Shown here piece after piece: positions 18,371 to 27,194 of a DNA stretch of 64,000 nucleotides. The notes below the pieces were generated by a model that ran no database searches, was not told the origin of the DNA, and saw only the letters and a list, made by a program, of their open reading frames with translations. Origin of the DNA: Candidatus Omnitrophota bacterium (GTDB taxonomy: Bacteria > Omnitrophota > Gorgyraeia > Duberdicusellales > 4484-171); NCBI GenBank assembly GCA_020352775.1, contig CP070684.1, positions 1,035,679 to 1,099,678 of the forward strand. Reading direction: 5' to 3'. A program made the translations under genes and the position numbers. Numbering within the stretch: the first letter of the stretch is position 1; each line of letters starts with the position of its first letter.

Positions 18371-20254
18371 ATGAAACTCTTTATCCGTTTATCTATCGCA
18401 ATCTTTATTTTAGCAAGTAGCTTTTGCTTCGCGGCCCAACATAGCCGAGACTATCTAAACATTGCTTTGCTTTTTAAGGAAGCCGCGGAATACGAAAGAG
18501 CAATCGAGGTGCTTGAGAGGGCTAGAGCCCAAGGTTTTGACGAAAGACAAGATAAACACCTCGCGATCCTTTATTATTTGGCAGGGAAATCCCAAAAAGC
18601 CTTGAATGTTCTTGATCGGATGCCACAGAAGGATTGGCTTGCCTTTCTTTATCTCGGTTTAATTTATGAGGATTTGGGTAAAACAAATAAGGCCAAAGAT
18701 GCTTATTTAAAGACGCTAGAGTTAAAAAACAATAGCATTGCTCTTTACCGGCTGGCTAAGATTCATTACAATAAAAAATCATACCGTAAAGCAAAACAGT
18801 TTTTTTCCCAACTCATAAAGTTAGATCCTAGTATACGTTTAGCCTACTATTACCTGGGAGAATGCTTTTTGAAGGAATCTGATTTTGAGAGATCCTACCA
18901 TTATTTTTCTAAGGCCATAAAGTTTTATCCTCAAAACAGACAGCTGCAGAAGAAGCTCGCAATTTCTAAGAAAAAATTGGGTAAGAGGTTTTTTGCTAAA
19001 AGAAAAAAGAGTAAAGAGAAAGAAAGAAAAGAGGTTAAACTGTCTGCCTACATCAGAGAGGAAGGGATACCTATGGTGCGAGTGGGGCTTGTGCGGGGCT
19101 TAGAGAGATTTAGTTTTCGATGCGGACAGGATTTTATTATAAAAGGAAAGAAGCGTACCTTTAAGGGCAGAGCAGATAGATTTTATACTTTTGTCTGGAG
19201 CAAAAAAGGAATAAAACTCACGGATTATAAGACAAATGCTGTGTACCGTAAGTTCTCCGCCCCCATTAAGATAGAGGCACAAACTCACCCCTTTTATCTT
19301 TTGGATGTAACTTATGGAAAAGGTGATTTTTGGCATAAAAAGATTGATAGAATTTATCGGGGCAATCTGGAAATAGTGGCGGGGTCTGAGGGTATGAATT
19401 TGATTAATATTTTAAGTGTTGAGGAGTATCTTTATGGCGTATTACCTGCAGAGATACTACCTTTTGTGCATTCCGAGGCACTTAAGGCTCAGGCAGTAGC
19501 AGCACGTACAATCGCAATGAGAAGTAAGGGGCGACATCGTAAAGAAGGGTTTGATTTTTGTAACGATGTGCATTGTCAGGTATATCAGGGTTTATCAGTA
19601 GAAAAGGAGAAAGCCCGCGCTGCTGTTAAAGAAACAAGAGGAGAGGTGCTTTTATATGAAGATAATCCTATTGAGGCATTTTATCACTCCAATTGCGGGG
19701 GTTGTTTGCGTTCTGATATGTTTGGCAAAAGAGGATATTTAGTCAATAAAATCGATAAGGCTCCTAGTTCTTCAGAGGTTGGCATCGAAGACTTTTCTGC
19801 CTATGAAGAAGAGCTGTGGTTTAAAGCTGTTCCGCGCACTTTCAGTAGCACAAAGGACAGTGTTTTTCGCTGGCAAAGAGCATATGATGCCCAAGATTTT
19901 ATGTTTATTTTTGGGTTTGCCTTAGCTGATTTAAAAGAAGTTGTGTTTTTAGAGGAAGGCGATTGTTTTCATCATCACAAGATGCAACTAGAGACTATCC
20001 GCGGCACTACCCAATTGGTTGGTGATTTAAAAATACGAAATTTCTTTGATAAATTAAGAAGCAGCGCTTTTAAATTAGAGATCAAATATTCCCACAAGAA
20101 AGTCCCGCAAATGCTCTTTTTTTGGGGGGCCGGCTTTGGTCACGGAGTAGGCTTAAGCCAGAAAGGAGCGATAAATATGGCTGATCAAGGCTTTAATTAC
20201 CGTCAGATCCTGCGACACTACTATCCCAACACAAAGCTAAAGAAAATGTACTAG
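18371..20254 (+). CDS. Exported TPR + SpoIID/LytB-family lytic transglycosylase domain protein
   Basis: Signal peptide and TPRs, then YRGNL, EEYLYGVLPAE, ALKAQAVAART, CQVYQG, GFGHGVGLSQKGA, ILRHYYP. Confidence 0.88.
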   Translation: MKLFIRLSIAIFILASSFCFAAQHSRDYLNIALLFKEAAEYERAIEVLERARAQGFDERQDKHLAILYYLAGKSQKALNVLDRMPQKDWLAFLYLGLIYEDLGKTNKAKDAYLKTLELKNNSIALYRLAKIHYNKKSYRKAKQFFSQLIKLDPSIRLAYYYLGECFLKESDFERSYHYFSKAIKFYPQNRQLQKKLAISKKKLGKRFFAKRKKSKEKERKEVKLSAYIREEGIPMVRVGLVRGLERFSFRCGQDFIIKGKKRTFKGRADRFYTFVWSKKGIKLTDYKTNAVYRKFSAPIKIEAQTHPFYLLDVTYGKGDFWHKKIDRIYRGNLEIVAGSEGMNLINILSVEEYLYGVLPAEILPFVHSEALKAQAVAARTIAMRSKGRHRKEGFDFCNDVHCQVYQGLSVEKEKARAAVKETRGEVLLYEDNPIEAFYHSNCGGCLRSDMFGKRGYLVNKIDKAPSSSEVGIEDFSAYEEELWFKAVPRTFSSTKDSVFRWQRAYDAQDFMFIFGFALADLKEVVFLEEGDCFHHHKMQLETIRGTTQLVGDLKIRNFFDKLRSSAFKLEIKYSHKKVPQMLFFWGAGFGHGVGLSQKGAINMADQGFNYRQILRHYYPNTKLKKMY

Positions 20255-20640
20255 ATTTTTATTCCCAGAAGGGTGAGGATTTTGGGCAGAAATATAATAA
20301 CGCCGATGACCACGGCACTAATGGTGGCGATTAATACTGTTCCGGAGGCGATGTCTTTTAGTATTTTTACGTGAGGGTCTTTATCCGGTATTATAAGATC
20401 AAGAAGGATTTCAGTTATGGTGTTAAATGTTTCGAATGCAAAGACAATAGTGATTACGATTATTACGATTATGAATTCAAGTAAGGAAATCTGAAGAATA
20501 AATCCGGCCGCAATTGCTAGAGCACCTAATGCAGCGATGATTTTTGCGTTTCTTTCTGTTTTTATTACTAGATGCAGTCCTTTTAACGCGCCAATAATGC
20601 TTTGCAATATGCTTCTGTGTCTCCAGGGCCTTTCAAACAT
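20251..20640 (-). CDS. Prokaryotic diacylglycerol kinase / undecaprenol kinase family
   Basis: ERNAK, ETFNTITE, KDIASGTVL; three hydrophobic helices. Confidence 0.85.
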   Translation of the reverse strand: MFERPWRHRSILQSIIGALKGLHLVIKTERNAKIIAALGALAIAAGFILQISLLEFIIVIIVITIVFAFETFNTITEILLDLIIPDKDPHVKILKDIASGTVLIATISAVVIGVIIFLPKILTLLGIKI

Positions 20641-20644
20641 AATT

Positions 20645-22024
20645 TTATAAGTTAAGAAGGTATTTTTCTATCTGTGGGGTGGAATCAAGGTTTTCTCCCA
20701 AAACGCCCCACATTTTTTTATTTTCCATGCATAAATATATAGGGGTCTTTTGATCGTGTTGTTTTATGTATTTTACCATAGATTCATAAATTTTTCTTCT
20801 AATAAATTCAGGATAGCGCAACTTTTTATCTTCACCTAATAGCAGCTCCCCATAAAAAATACTGCTTTGTGTAAATCTTGATTCCACGATATTTTTAAGT
20901 TCACGGTTAGAACGCAGTGTCCCCAGGCTAATCCAGGCAAAGGGTGGCTTTAGATGAGAATACAATTTATCTATCAGCTCTTTATATTCTTTTTCCCAGC
21001 CCTCAAAATGAATAATGGGATCAAAATGGAAAGCTATTCTATACCCTTTATCTTGAACTTTTTTAGCTGCTAAAAGTCTCTCTTCTAGAGATGCTGCTCC
21101 TAGCTCTTCTTTTTCGGCGATATTAGAAGGATTAAGCGACCAGGAAATCACGATATTTGACGGAGGGCTGATATCAACTAAATTGGCGATGTTAGTGCTT
21201 TTTGTTTTTAATTCAAATAAAACGTGTTTTCCTTCAAAATAAGGAATGAGTTTTTTAGAATATCCAGTTATGTTATCAAGCGCTAAGGAATCACAGAATT
21301 CTCCTGTGCCGATGCGGATAGGTTTTTTTAGTTTTCTGTAAAAAGCATCGAATTGCTCAAAAAAGTCTTCAATGTTGCCCGGTAAGAGGAGGCCGGGGAA
21401 ATTTGTGTAGTGCTGCAAGAAGCAGTAAGAGCAATCAAAGGAGCAGCCAAACCCTAAGTTCAGGATCCAGTAGCCACAACAGACATGATTTTTAGTGCAA
21501 GGGCAGGGTTTTATAAAATCCCATTTTTCTTTTACGATAAAGACCAAAGGCTTTTTTAATTGGGAAATGCTGAATTTGTTTGTTTTAAGATAATCACTGT
21601 AGTAGTTAAGTTCTTCGATATCTACCGCAGGAAATTTCCTTTTGAAATTATCCAGGAGTTCGCATTCTCTTACTTCCTTCTCTACGAAGATTTTTAAAGG
21701 TTTAAATGGCTTGTGTATTTGCCAGTTATCAGCTATAGGTTTTCGAAGTTTTGAGCTAAATACCTTTTTTGTATCTATTTTTTGGTGCGCAGCGGTAAGA
21801 GGAAACCTTCTTTTTATGAGTGCTTCTTTAATCGCGAAGAATTTGTTTCTACCGTAATATTTATCCAGAGGAGTTTTTGATTTTAAATCAGCGATGAGAG
21901 CATTAAGAGCAATGTCGTCTCGCCTTATTATTTCAAATAAAAGACGCTCTATGTCCCGCATCTGATTCTTATTGGGAGAGAAATCAAACTGACTTTGAAT
22001 GGTTTGTTTTAAATCCTCAAACAT
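20645..22024 (-). CDS. Spore photoproduct lyase-like radical SAM protein with N-terminal extension
   Basis: GCSFDCSYC radical SAM motif, ELKTKS, SWSLNP, FHFDPI, KLRY, IYLCME; ATG at 22024 (TTG at 22039 also possible). Confidence 0.8.
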   Translation of the reverse strand: MFEDLKQTIQSQFDFSPNKNQMRDIERLLFEIIRRDDIALNALIADLKSKTPLDKYYGRNKFFAIKEALIKRRFPLTAAHQKIDTKKVFSSKLRKPIADNWQIHKPFKPLKIFVEKEVRECELLDNFKRKFPAVDIEELNYYSDYLKTNKFSISQLKKPLVFIVKEKWDFIKPCPCTKNHVCCGYWILNLGFGCSFDCSYCFLQHYTNFPGLLLPGNIEDFFEQFDAFYRKLKKPIRIGTGEFCDSLALDNITGYSKKLIPYFEGKHVLFELKTKSTNIANLVDISPPSNIVISWSLNPSNIAEKEELGAASLEERLLAAKKVQDKGYRIAFHFDPIIHFEGWEKEYKELIDKLYSHLKPPFAWISLGTLRSNRELKNIVESRFTQSSIFYGELLLGEDKKLRYPEFIRRKIYESMVKYIKQHDQKTPIYLCMENKKMWGVLGENLDSTPQIEKYLLNL

Positions 22025-22853
22025 AATCAAATTGCTCAATCAATCCTTTATAGTATTGTGCTTCTTTTGTTTTCTTTCTTTTTAACGCTCCTTTTATATA
22101 AATAGAACATTTTTCTTTTAATTCCTCAAATGCTATTTGTGCCAGTTCTTTATTTAATTCTCCATTTGCCAATATTTTTTTCAAGGCAGTAATGCGGAAT
22201 TTATCCATCGCAGGGTATTTCTTTGATTGCTGGTCGGGATGGCCCCCTTCTTTAATGGTAAGGTCTTCGGGAATAAGCATTACTGGATAGCGGGCAGTTG
22301 CGCGCAGCCAGAAATCATAGTCTTCGCAGGCCGGGAAATTTTCATCGAATAGCCCAATTTCGTCAAAAATACCTCTTCTTATCGCAGCGGTAGAGATACT
22401 GATACAGCATAACTTGACTGCCTGCTCAAACACAAACCCTGATGGTTTTTGATGATATGTTTTTTGCGCTAGAAGCGCTCCACTTCGATACCAGATTTCA
22501 TTAGTGTGAAATATTTTGTATTCCGGATATTTTTTAATGTAATTGTAGCTAAGCGATAATTTATCTTTACGGAATCTATCATCGGAATCTAAAAAGCATA
22601 TAAATTCACCCTGGCAATTTCTTAGTCCCTTATTGCGAGCAGTAGAAACCCCTTGGTGGGGTTGGTAACTATAATAAAGACGGGAATCTTTTAAATCAGC
22701 GATTAGCTCTTTGGTAGAATCAGTTGAACCATCATCGACGACTATCAGCTCAAAATCTTTGAATTCTTGGCGCAGAACCGAATCAATTGCTATCTGCAAG
22801 AAACGCATCCGGTTGTAAGTGGGGATAATGATACTAAAGAATGGCCTTTTCAT
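22017..22853 (-). CDS. Glycosyltransferase family 2
   Basis: SIIIPTYNR, VVDDGSTD, GVSTARN, FLDSDD, EDYDFWLR. Confidence 0.92.
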   Translation of the reverse strand: MKRPFFSIIIPTYNRMRFLQIAIDSVLRQEFKDFELIVVDDGSTDSTKELIADLKDSRLYYSYQPHQGVSTARNKGLRNCQGEFICFLDSDDRFRKDKLSLSYNYIKKYPEYKIFHTNEIWYRSGALLAQKTYHQKPSGFVFEQAVKLCCISISTAAIRRGIFDEIGLFDENFPACEDYDFWLRATARYPVMLIPEDLTIKEGGHPDQQSKKYPAMDKFRITALKKILANGELNKELAQIAFEELKEKCSIYIKGALKRKKTKEAQYYKGLIEQFDYV

Positions 22854-23694
22854 AATTAATTGTTGAGGAATAATATTGGCTAAAGTCCGGCACGATATAG
22901 AAGAACTTTTTATCGGGATGGGCGCGCTGAATTTCTTTTATGGTTTGTTTTAGATTTTTGGCGAATTCTTCATAGCGTGTTTTATTTTTATATATCTTTT
23001 TAAGTTTTTCCTTTAAGTCCTTACCCATATGTTTTTCTACTACCTCTAAGATCTTATCAAACCTTCCCATTTGGTGGTGGTATAGTTCAATGTCTATTTC
23101 TTTTACTGCGGCAGGAATCATTTTCATTATTTTATCCAGTTCTGATATATAGGGAATAAAAGGACCGATGTGGATACGTAAATCAATACCCTTTTGAATA
23201 ATTTCCGTAATAGTTTTTAGCCGCTCTTCTAAGAGGGGAGATTTTTTCTCCAAGAATCTTATTATTGTATTGGAAGAAGAGTTGAAGGTAAAGTATATTT
23301 TATTAGCCTTGTTTTGAGCAATTAATGGCAGGCAGTTTCTTATCAGATGGGATTTGGTAAGGATCGTGTAGGGTATTTTGTTATGGTTAAGAATGTAAAG
23401 AATTTTCTCCATAAGATTATATTGTAAATCTTGGTATTGGAAGCACTCCGTGGTTGAGCCCAGAAGAACTCGTTTTGGCTTTTTAAAGCGCAGTTCGCGC
23501 TCTAGGGCTTGGGCCGCATTGTTTTTTACCCCCAAACAAGATGAAAAGTCATCTCTTTTTATATTTTTATTCTCTTGCGAATAACAATAGAGGCATCCAA
23601 ATTCACAACCTCTAAAAGGATTGATTACATAATCTGCGAGGCTGATATTGGTAGGCGAAAGTACCTTTTGTGTATTGATAAGCTTAATTTTCAT
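22834..23694 (-). CDS. Radical SAM protein, SplB/COG1533-like
   Basis: INPFRGCEFGCLYCY, ILTKS, IGPFIPYI. Confidence 0.82.
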   Translation of the reverse strand: MKIKLINTQKVLSPTNISLADYVINPFRGCEFGCLYCYSQENKNIKRDDFSSCLGVKNNAAQALERELRFKKPKRVLLGSTTECFQYQDLQYNLMEKILYILNHNKIPYTILTKSHLIRNCLPLIAQNKANKIYFTFNSSSNTIIRFLEKKSPLLEERLKTITEIIQKGIDLRIHIGPFIPYISELDKIMKMIPAAVKEIDIELYHHQMGRFDKILEVVEKHMGKDLKEKLKKIYKNKTRYEEFAKNLKQTIKEIQRAHPDKKFFYIVPDFSQYYSSTINYEKAIL

Positions 23695-24940
23695 AAATTA
23701 GATTATTAATAAAGCTTTTAGTATATCTTATTTTTTCATTTTGTAAAAACTTAATAAATGCCGATACCTTATTTAATCCCTGGGGGGTGGGGAATTTATC
23801 CTTAAACTCTTTTAGATAATCTATGAAGGGATTAACCTGAGCAATCTTGGGTATGATATTTTTATTGCTTTTAATAAACTGCAGGGTTTTAAGATAATCT
23901 TTTTTTTGTTCGTGGGGATAACCAAAAATAAGACTTATTTCAAAGTGTAGATCAGCTTTTTTTAGTTTGCGAAAGAATCTGACAGCTTCATTGCTGCTAA
24001 ATCCTTTATTCATAAGAGAAAGAATTCGATCCGAGCCATTTTCTAAGCCAATGAATAAGTTAAAACAACCGCTTTTTTTCAAAAGATGGGCTAATCCTTG
24101 GGGAAAATCAGGTTTTATGCGGGCCTGAGCTTCCCATTTAATGGATAAGTTGTTTTTTACGAGGAGCTGGCAAAATTCTTCTAACCATTGAGTTTTATAA
24201 TTTATGAGAGAGTCACAGAATACAAAGCTGTCAATTTTATATTTGGATATAAGATGTTTTATTTGTTCAATGATATATTGCGGTGAGTGGTATCTGAATT
24301 TGCGAGAAAGTAATTTTTCCGAACAAAAATTACACTTATAAGGGCAGCCGCGGGAAGAAAGAAGCGGAAGAGATCTTGAGTATTTAAGGGGGTTTAAGGG
24401 TTCAAAATTAAGAAGGGGGAGGCTATCAAGATCTGGGAGCTCTTTAAAGCAGGTTATTTGCGGCTCGCCTTTAGTTAAGATGTTATAAAGGGGTATTTCT
24501 CCTTCGCCGATAATCCAGAAGTCAGCGGAGTTTAATTTATTTTTTTCTTTTAAGATTAGTGTGTGTGGCCCGCCAAAAACGATTTTTTTATCGGGGAATC
24601 TATTCTTTATTCGGCGAGCAAGCTTAAAAGCAAAAGGGGTATTTCTTTTTAAAAGAGAAAAGCCTATCACCCGTGAATTTTGGATTTGCCTATAAAGATT
24701 TTCAAAGACAAAAGGAGCCCTTTTTTCCGCTATATAAAATAAACCTTTTTCGAAATCATCATCCAGGGTGAGCCATTTATTTAGGGGGTAGTTGAGGTAT
24801 TTATAAAGGGTGGAATTTAAGTCATGTATCTGTACACCAATCTTTTTGTTTTCAAGATAATTCTTAAGATAAATGAGTGAAAGAGGTGGAGTTTTTAGCC
24901 AAAAAGGAGGTGTCTGGATAATATGGACAGTTTCTTTCAT
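23684..24940 (-). CDS. B12-binding-domain radical SAM protein (class B methylase-like)
   Basis: PPLSL, IVFGGPH, GEGE (cobalamin-binding-like domain); SRGCPYKCNFC; GLENGSDRILSLMNKG; IFGYP. Confidence 0.85.
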   Translation of the reverse strand: MKETVHIIQTPPFWLKTPPLSLIYLKNYLENKKIGVQIHDLNSTLYKYLNYPLNKWLTLDDDFEKGLFYIAEKRAPFVFENLYRQIQNSRVIGFSLLKRNTPFAFKLARRIKNRFPDKKIVFGGPHTLILKEKNKLNSADFWIIGEGEIPLYNILTKGEPQITCFKELPDLDSLPLLNFEPLNPLKYSRSLPLLSSRGCPYKCNFCSEKLLSRKFRYHSPQYIIEQIKHLISKYKIDSFVFCDSLINYKTQWLEEFCQLLVKNNLSIKWEAQARIKPDFPQGLAHLLKKSGCFNLFIGLENGSDRILSLMNKGFSSNEAVRFFRKLKKADLHFEISLIFGYPHEQKKDYLKTLQFIKSNKNIIPKIAQVNPFIDYLKEFKDKFPTPQGLNKVSAFIKFLQNEKIRYTKSFINNLIYEN

Positions 24941-24958
24941 TGCTGTATAATTATACCA
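24924..24958. promoter_or_regulatory. Overlapping bidirectional promoter between the radical SAM operon and hemW
   Basis: TATAATTATA (24946-24955) gives TATAAT on both strands; + strand has -35 TGGACA (24924-24929, 16-bp spacer); - strand has extended -10 TG-G-TATAAT. Confidence 0.65.
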
Positions 24959-26073
24959 TGTTGTATATTCACATTCCATTTTGTCGAAAAAAGTGCTCCT
25001 ATTGTGATTTTTACAGCATAGCTTACTCTCGCAATTGCGCCTCTAGCTATATTGATGTGCTTTGTTCCCAGCTGAAAGAATTAAAAGGTAATTTTTCTAC
25101 CATTTATATCGGGGGAGGAACCCCTTCGGTTTTAGATAAGCGCCTTTTGATGAAATTGTTAAAGAGTTTACGGCCGTTTTCTAAAGGGGTAGTTGAATTT
25201 ACGATTGAAGTAAACCCGGAGAGTCTGGACAATGATAAATTGGGATTATTTGTTAGTGAAGGAGTAAATCGCATCAGTATCGGGGTGCAATCTTTTTTTG
25301 ATGATAAACTTAAGCAATTAGACAGATTGCATTCAAGCAGGCAAGCTAAAGACGCGGTATTAAAAGCAAAAAAGTGCGGAATTGATAATATAAGTATTGA
25401 TTTGATTTTCGGGGTAGAAAAAGAGACCCTGGATGATTGGCAGAAAGAATTGGAGATAGCAGTTAAGCTGCCCCTAAAGCATATTTCCACTTATGCTTTA
25501 ACTTATGAAAAGAATACGGCGCTCTGGGACAGGTTAAAGAAGGGTGAGTTGATTGCCTTGGATGATGAAATTACATCCCGAATGTATCAGCTGGCAATGG
25601 ATTATTTGGTGCGGCATAACTTTTATCATTATGAGGTATCAAACTTTTCTCAAGCAGGCTTTTGCTGTGAGCATAATTTAAATTATTGGGATAATAAACC
25701 TTATGTGGGATTGGGGCCTTCGGCGGTCTCTTATAGAGGGGGGGTAAGGGCTAAGAACACCTCTGATTTAGGCGATTATGTTGATAGGTTTAAGAAAAGA
25801 GAGCCCCTGGAGGTTTTTGCGGAGAAATTAGCCCCACAGAAAAGAGCAAAGGAAACTGCAGCAATAAAAATAAGAACAAAAGCAGGAATTAACTTTAAGG
25901 AATTTAAAGAACAGACCGGCGTTGATTTCTTAAGTTTGCAGGGTCCCGCCTTAGAAGAGCTTATCAAGAGCGGGTATTTGCGCTATTGTAAAAGAAGCGG
26001 GGAAAAGGATGGTGTTTGTTTGACTGAAAAAGGGTTTTTGTTTTGTGATACTGTCTCAGCCAGCCTCTTATAA
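24958..26073 (+). CDS. hemW: Radical SAM heme chaperone HemW (HemN-like)
   Basis: LYIHIPFCRKKCSYCDF, GGGTPS, NRISIGVQSF, YEVSNF, HNLNYW. Confidence 0.9.
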   Translation: MLYIHIPFCRKKCSYCDFYSIAYSRNCASSYIDVLCSQLKELKGNFSTIYIGGGTPSVLDKRLLMKLLKSLRPFSKGVVEFTIEVNPESLDNDKLGLFVSEGVNRISIGVQSFFDDKLKQLDRLHSSRQAKDAVLKAKKCGIDNISIDLIFGVEKETLDDWQKELEIAVKLPLKHISTYALTYEKNTALWDRLKKGELIALDDEITSRMYQLAMDYLVRHNFYHYEVSNFSQAGFCCEHNLNYWDNKPYVGLGPSAVSYRGGVRAKNTSDLGDYVDRFKKREPLEVFAEKLAPQKRAKETAAIKIRTKAGINFKEFKEQTGVDFLSLQGPALEELIKSGYLRYCKRSGEKDGVCLTEKGFLFCDTVSASLL

Positions 26074-26145
26074 GCCCAACCAAGAACTATCGCTTTAAGT
26101 AGCAAGTTGTGAGTGTTTAGGCAGTTTTTTCAGGGTCTAATTCGC

Positions 26146-26174
26146 TTGCGAATTCGGTATTTGTGTGGTAGAAT
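26146..26174 (+). promoter_or_regulatory. Sigma70 promoter for the heptose/Kdo operon
   Basis: TTGCGA, 17 bp, TG-G-TAGAAT. Confidence 0.55.
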
Positions 26175-26204
26175 TTCTCCTTATAGAAAGGCTTTAAGAT
26201 TGTC

Positions 26205-27194
26205 ATGAAGACGTCAAAAAAGAGGCTAAAAACCATAATTTCCAAGTTCAAGAACAAGAATATTTTGGTTGTTGGAGACCTTATCCTAGACCACTATATT
26301 TTTGGAAAAGTTGAAAGAATCTCGCCCGAGGCCCCGGTTCCGGTGGTGTGGGCAAACAAGGAAGATTTCATGTGTGGTGGCGCAGCAAATGTAGGGGTTA
26401 ATCTTGTTGCATTAGGAGCAAAAACAAGTTTATGCGGAGTATTAGGCGATGATCACTTCGGGGGAGTGTTGACTTCGCTTGTAAAGAGAGGGAGGATTGA
26501 CCCCTCTTTAATCGTAAAAGATAAACACCGCCCCACTACCCTTAAAACAAGGATTATGGCTCATCATCAACAAGTGGTGAGAGTGGACTGGGAATCATTG
26601 GAATTTTTAAACTTAAATTTGAATAAACTAATTTTTGATAAAGTAAGGAAAAACATCAATAGATTTGACGCTATTATCATTGAAGATTATGGTAAAGGCG
26701 TAATTAATCCGGCATTGGTCGGAGAGTTGGTGGGGTTGGCCAAGAAAAAACACAAGATTATTACCGTGGACCCCAAAGAAGAGCACCTTGATTATTATGA
26801 GAATGTAACGGCATTAACGCCGAATTTAAAAGAAGCGCAAGTCGCGGCAGGAATGAAGGTGCGCAGTAAAGATGACCTTTCTCTTCTGGGCGATATTGTT
26901 ATGGAGAAATTGCGGCCTCAGGCACTGCTTATTACCCTGGGTGAAGATGGAATGATGCTTTTTGGCCCGGATAAAACCCAGCATATTCCCACTGCAGCAC
27001 TTGAGGTTTTTGATGTCTCAGGTGCCGGAGATACAGTGATTGCCGCTTTCACTTTGGCGTTAAGCTGTGGGGCAAGTTTTCTTGAGGCAGCATATATTGC
27101 TAATTTTGCCGCGGGAGTAGTGGTGGGCAAATTGGGTGCTGCCAGCGCTACTAAAAAAGAACTTCTACAAAGAATAAATGAGCACAATGTATAA
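26205..27194 (+). CDS. rfaE1: D-glycero-beta-D-manno-heptose-7-phosphate kinase (HldE kinase domain, stand-alone)
   Basis: VVGDLILD, RISPEAPVPVV, GGAANV, DYGKG, TPNLKEA, DVSGAGDTV. Confidence 0.92.
   Translation: MKTSKKRLKTIISKFKNKNILVVGDLILDHYIFGKVERISPEAPVPVVWANKEDFMCGGAANVGVNLVALGAKTSLCGVLGDDHFGGVLTSLVKRGRIDPSLIVKDKHRPTTLKTRIMAHHQQVVRVDWESLEFLNLNLNKLIFDKVRKNINRFDAIIIEDYGKGVINPALVGELVGLAKKKHKIITVDPKEEHLDYYENVTALTPNLKEAQVAAGMKVRSKDDLSLLGDIVMEKLRPQALLITLGEDGMMLFGPDKTQHIPTAALEVFDVSGAGDTVIAAFTLALSCGASFLEAAYIANFAAGVVVGKLGAASATKKELLQRINEHNV

Noticed and set aside
4095-23694. Sporulation capacity implied by spoVG, spoIID and SPL-like genes
   Set aside because: All three families occur widely in non-sporulating bacteria, and no core sporulation regulators are in the window
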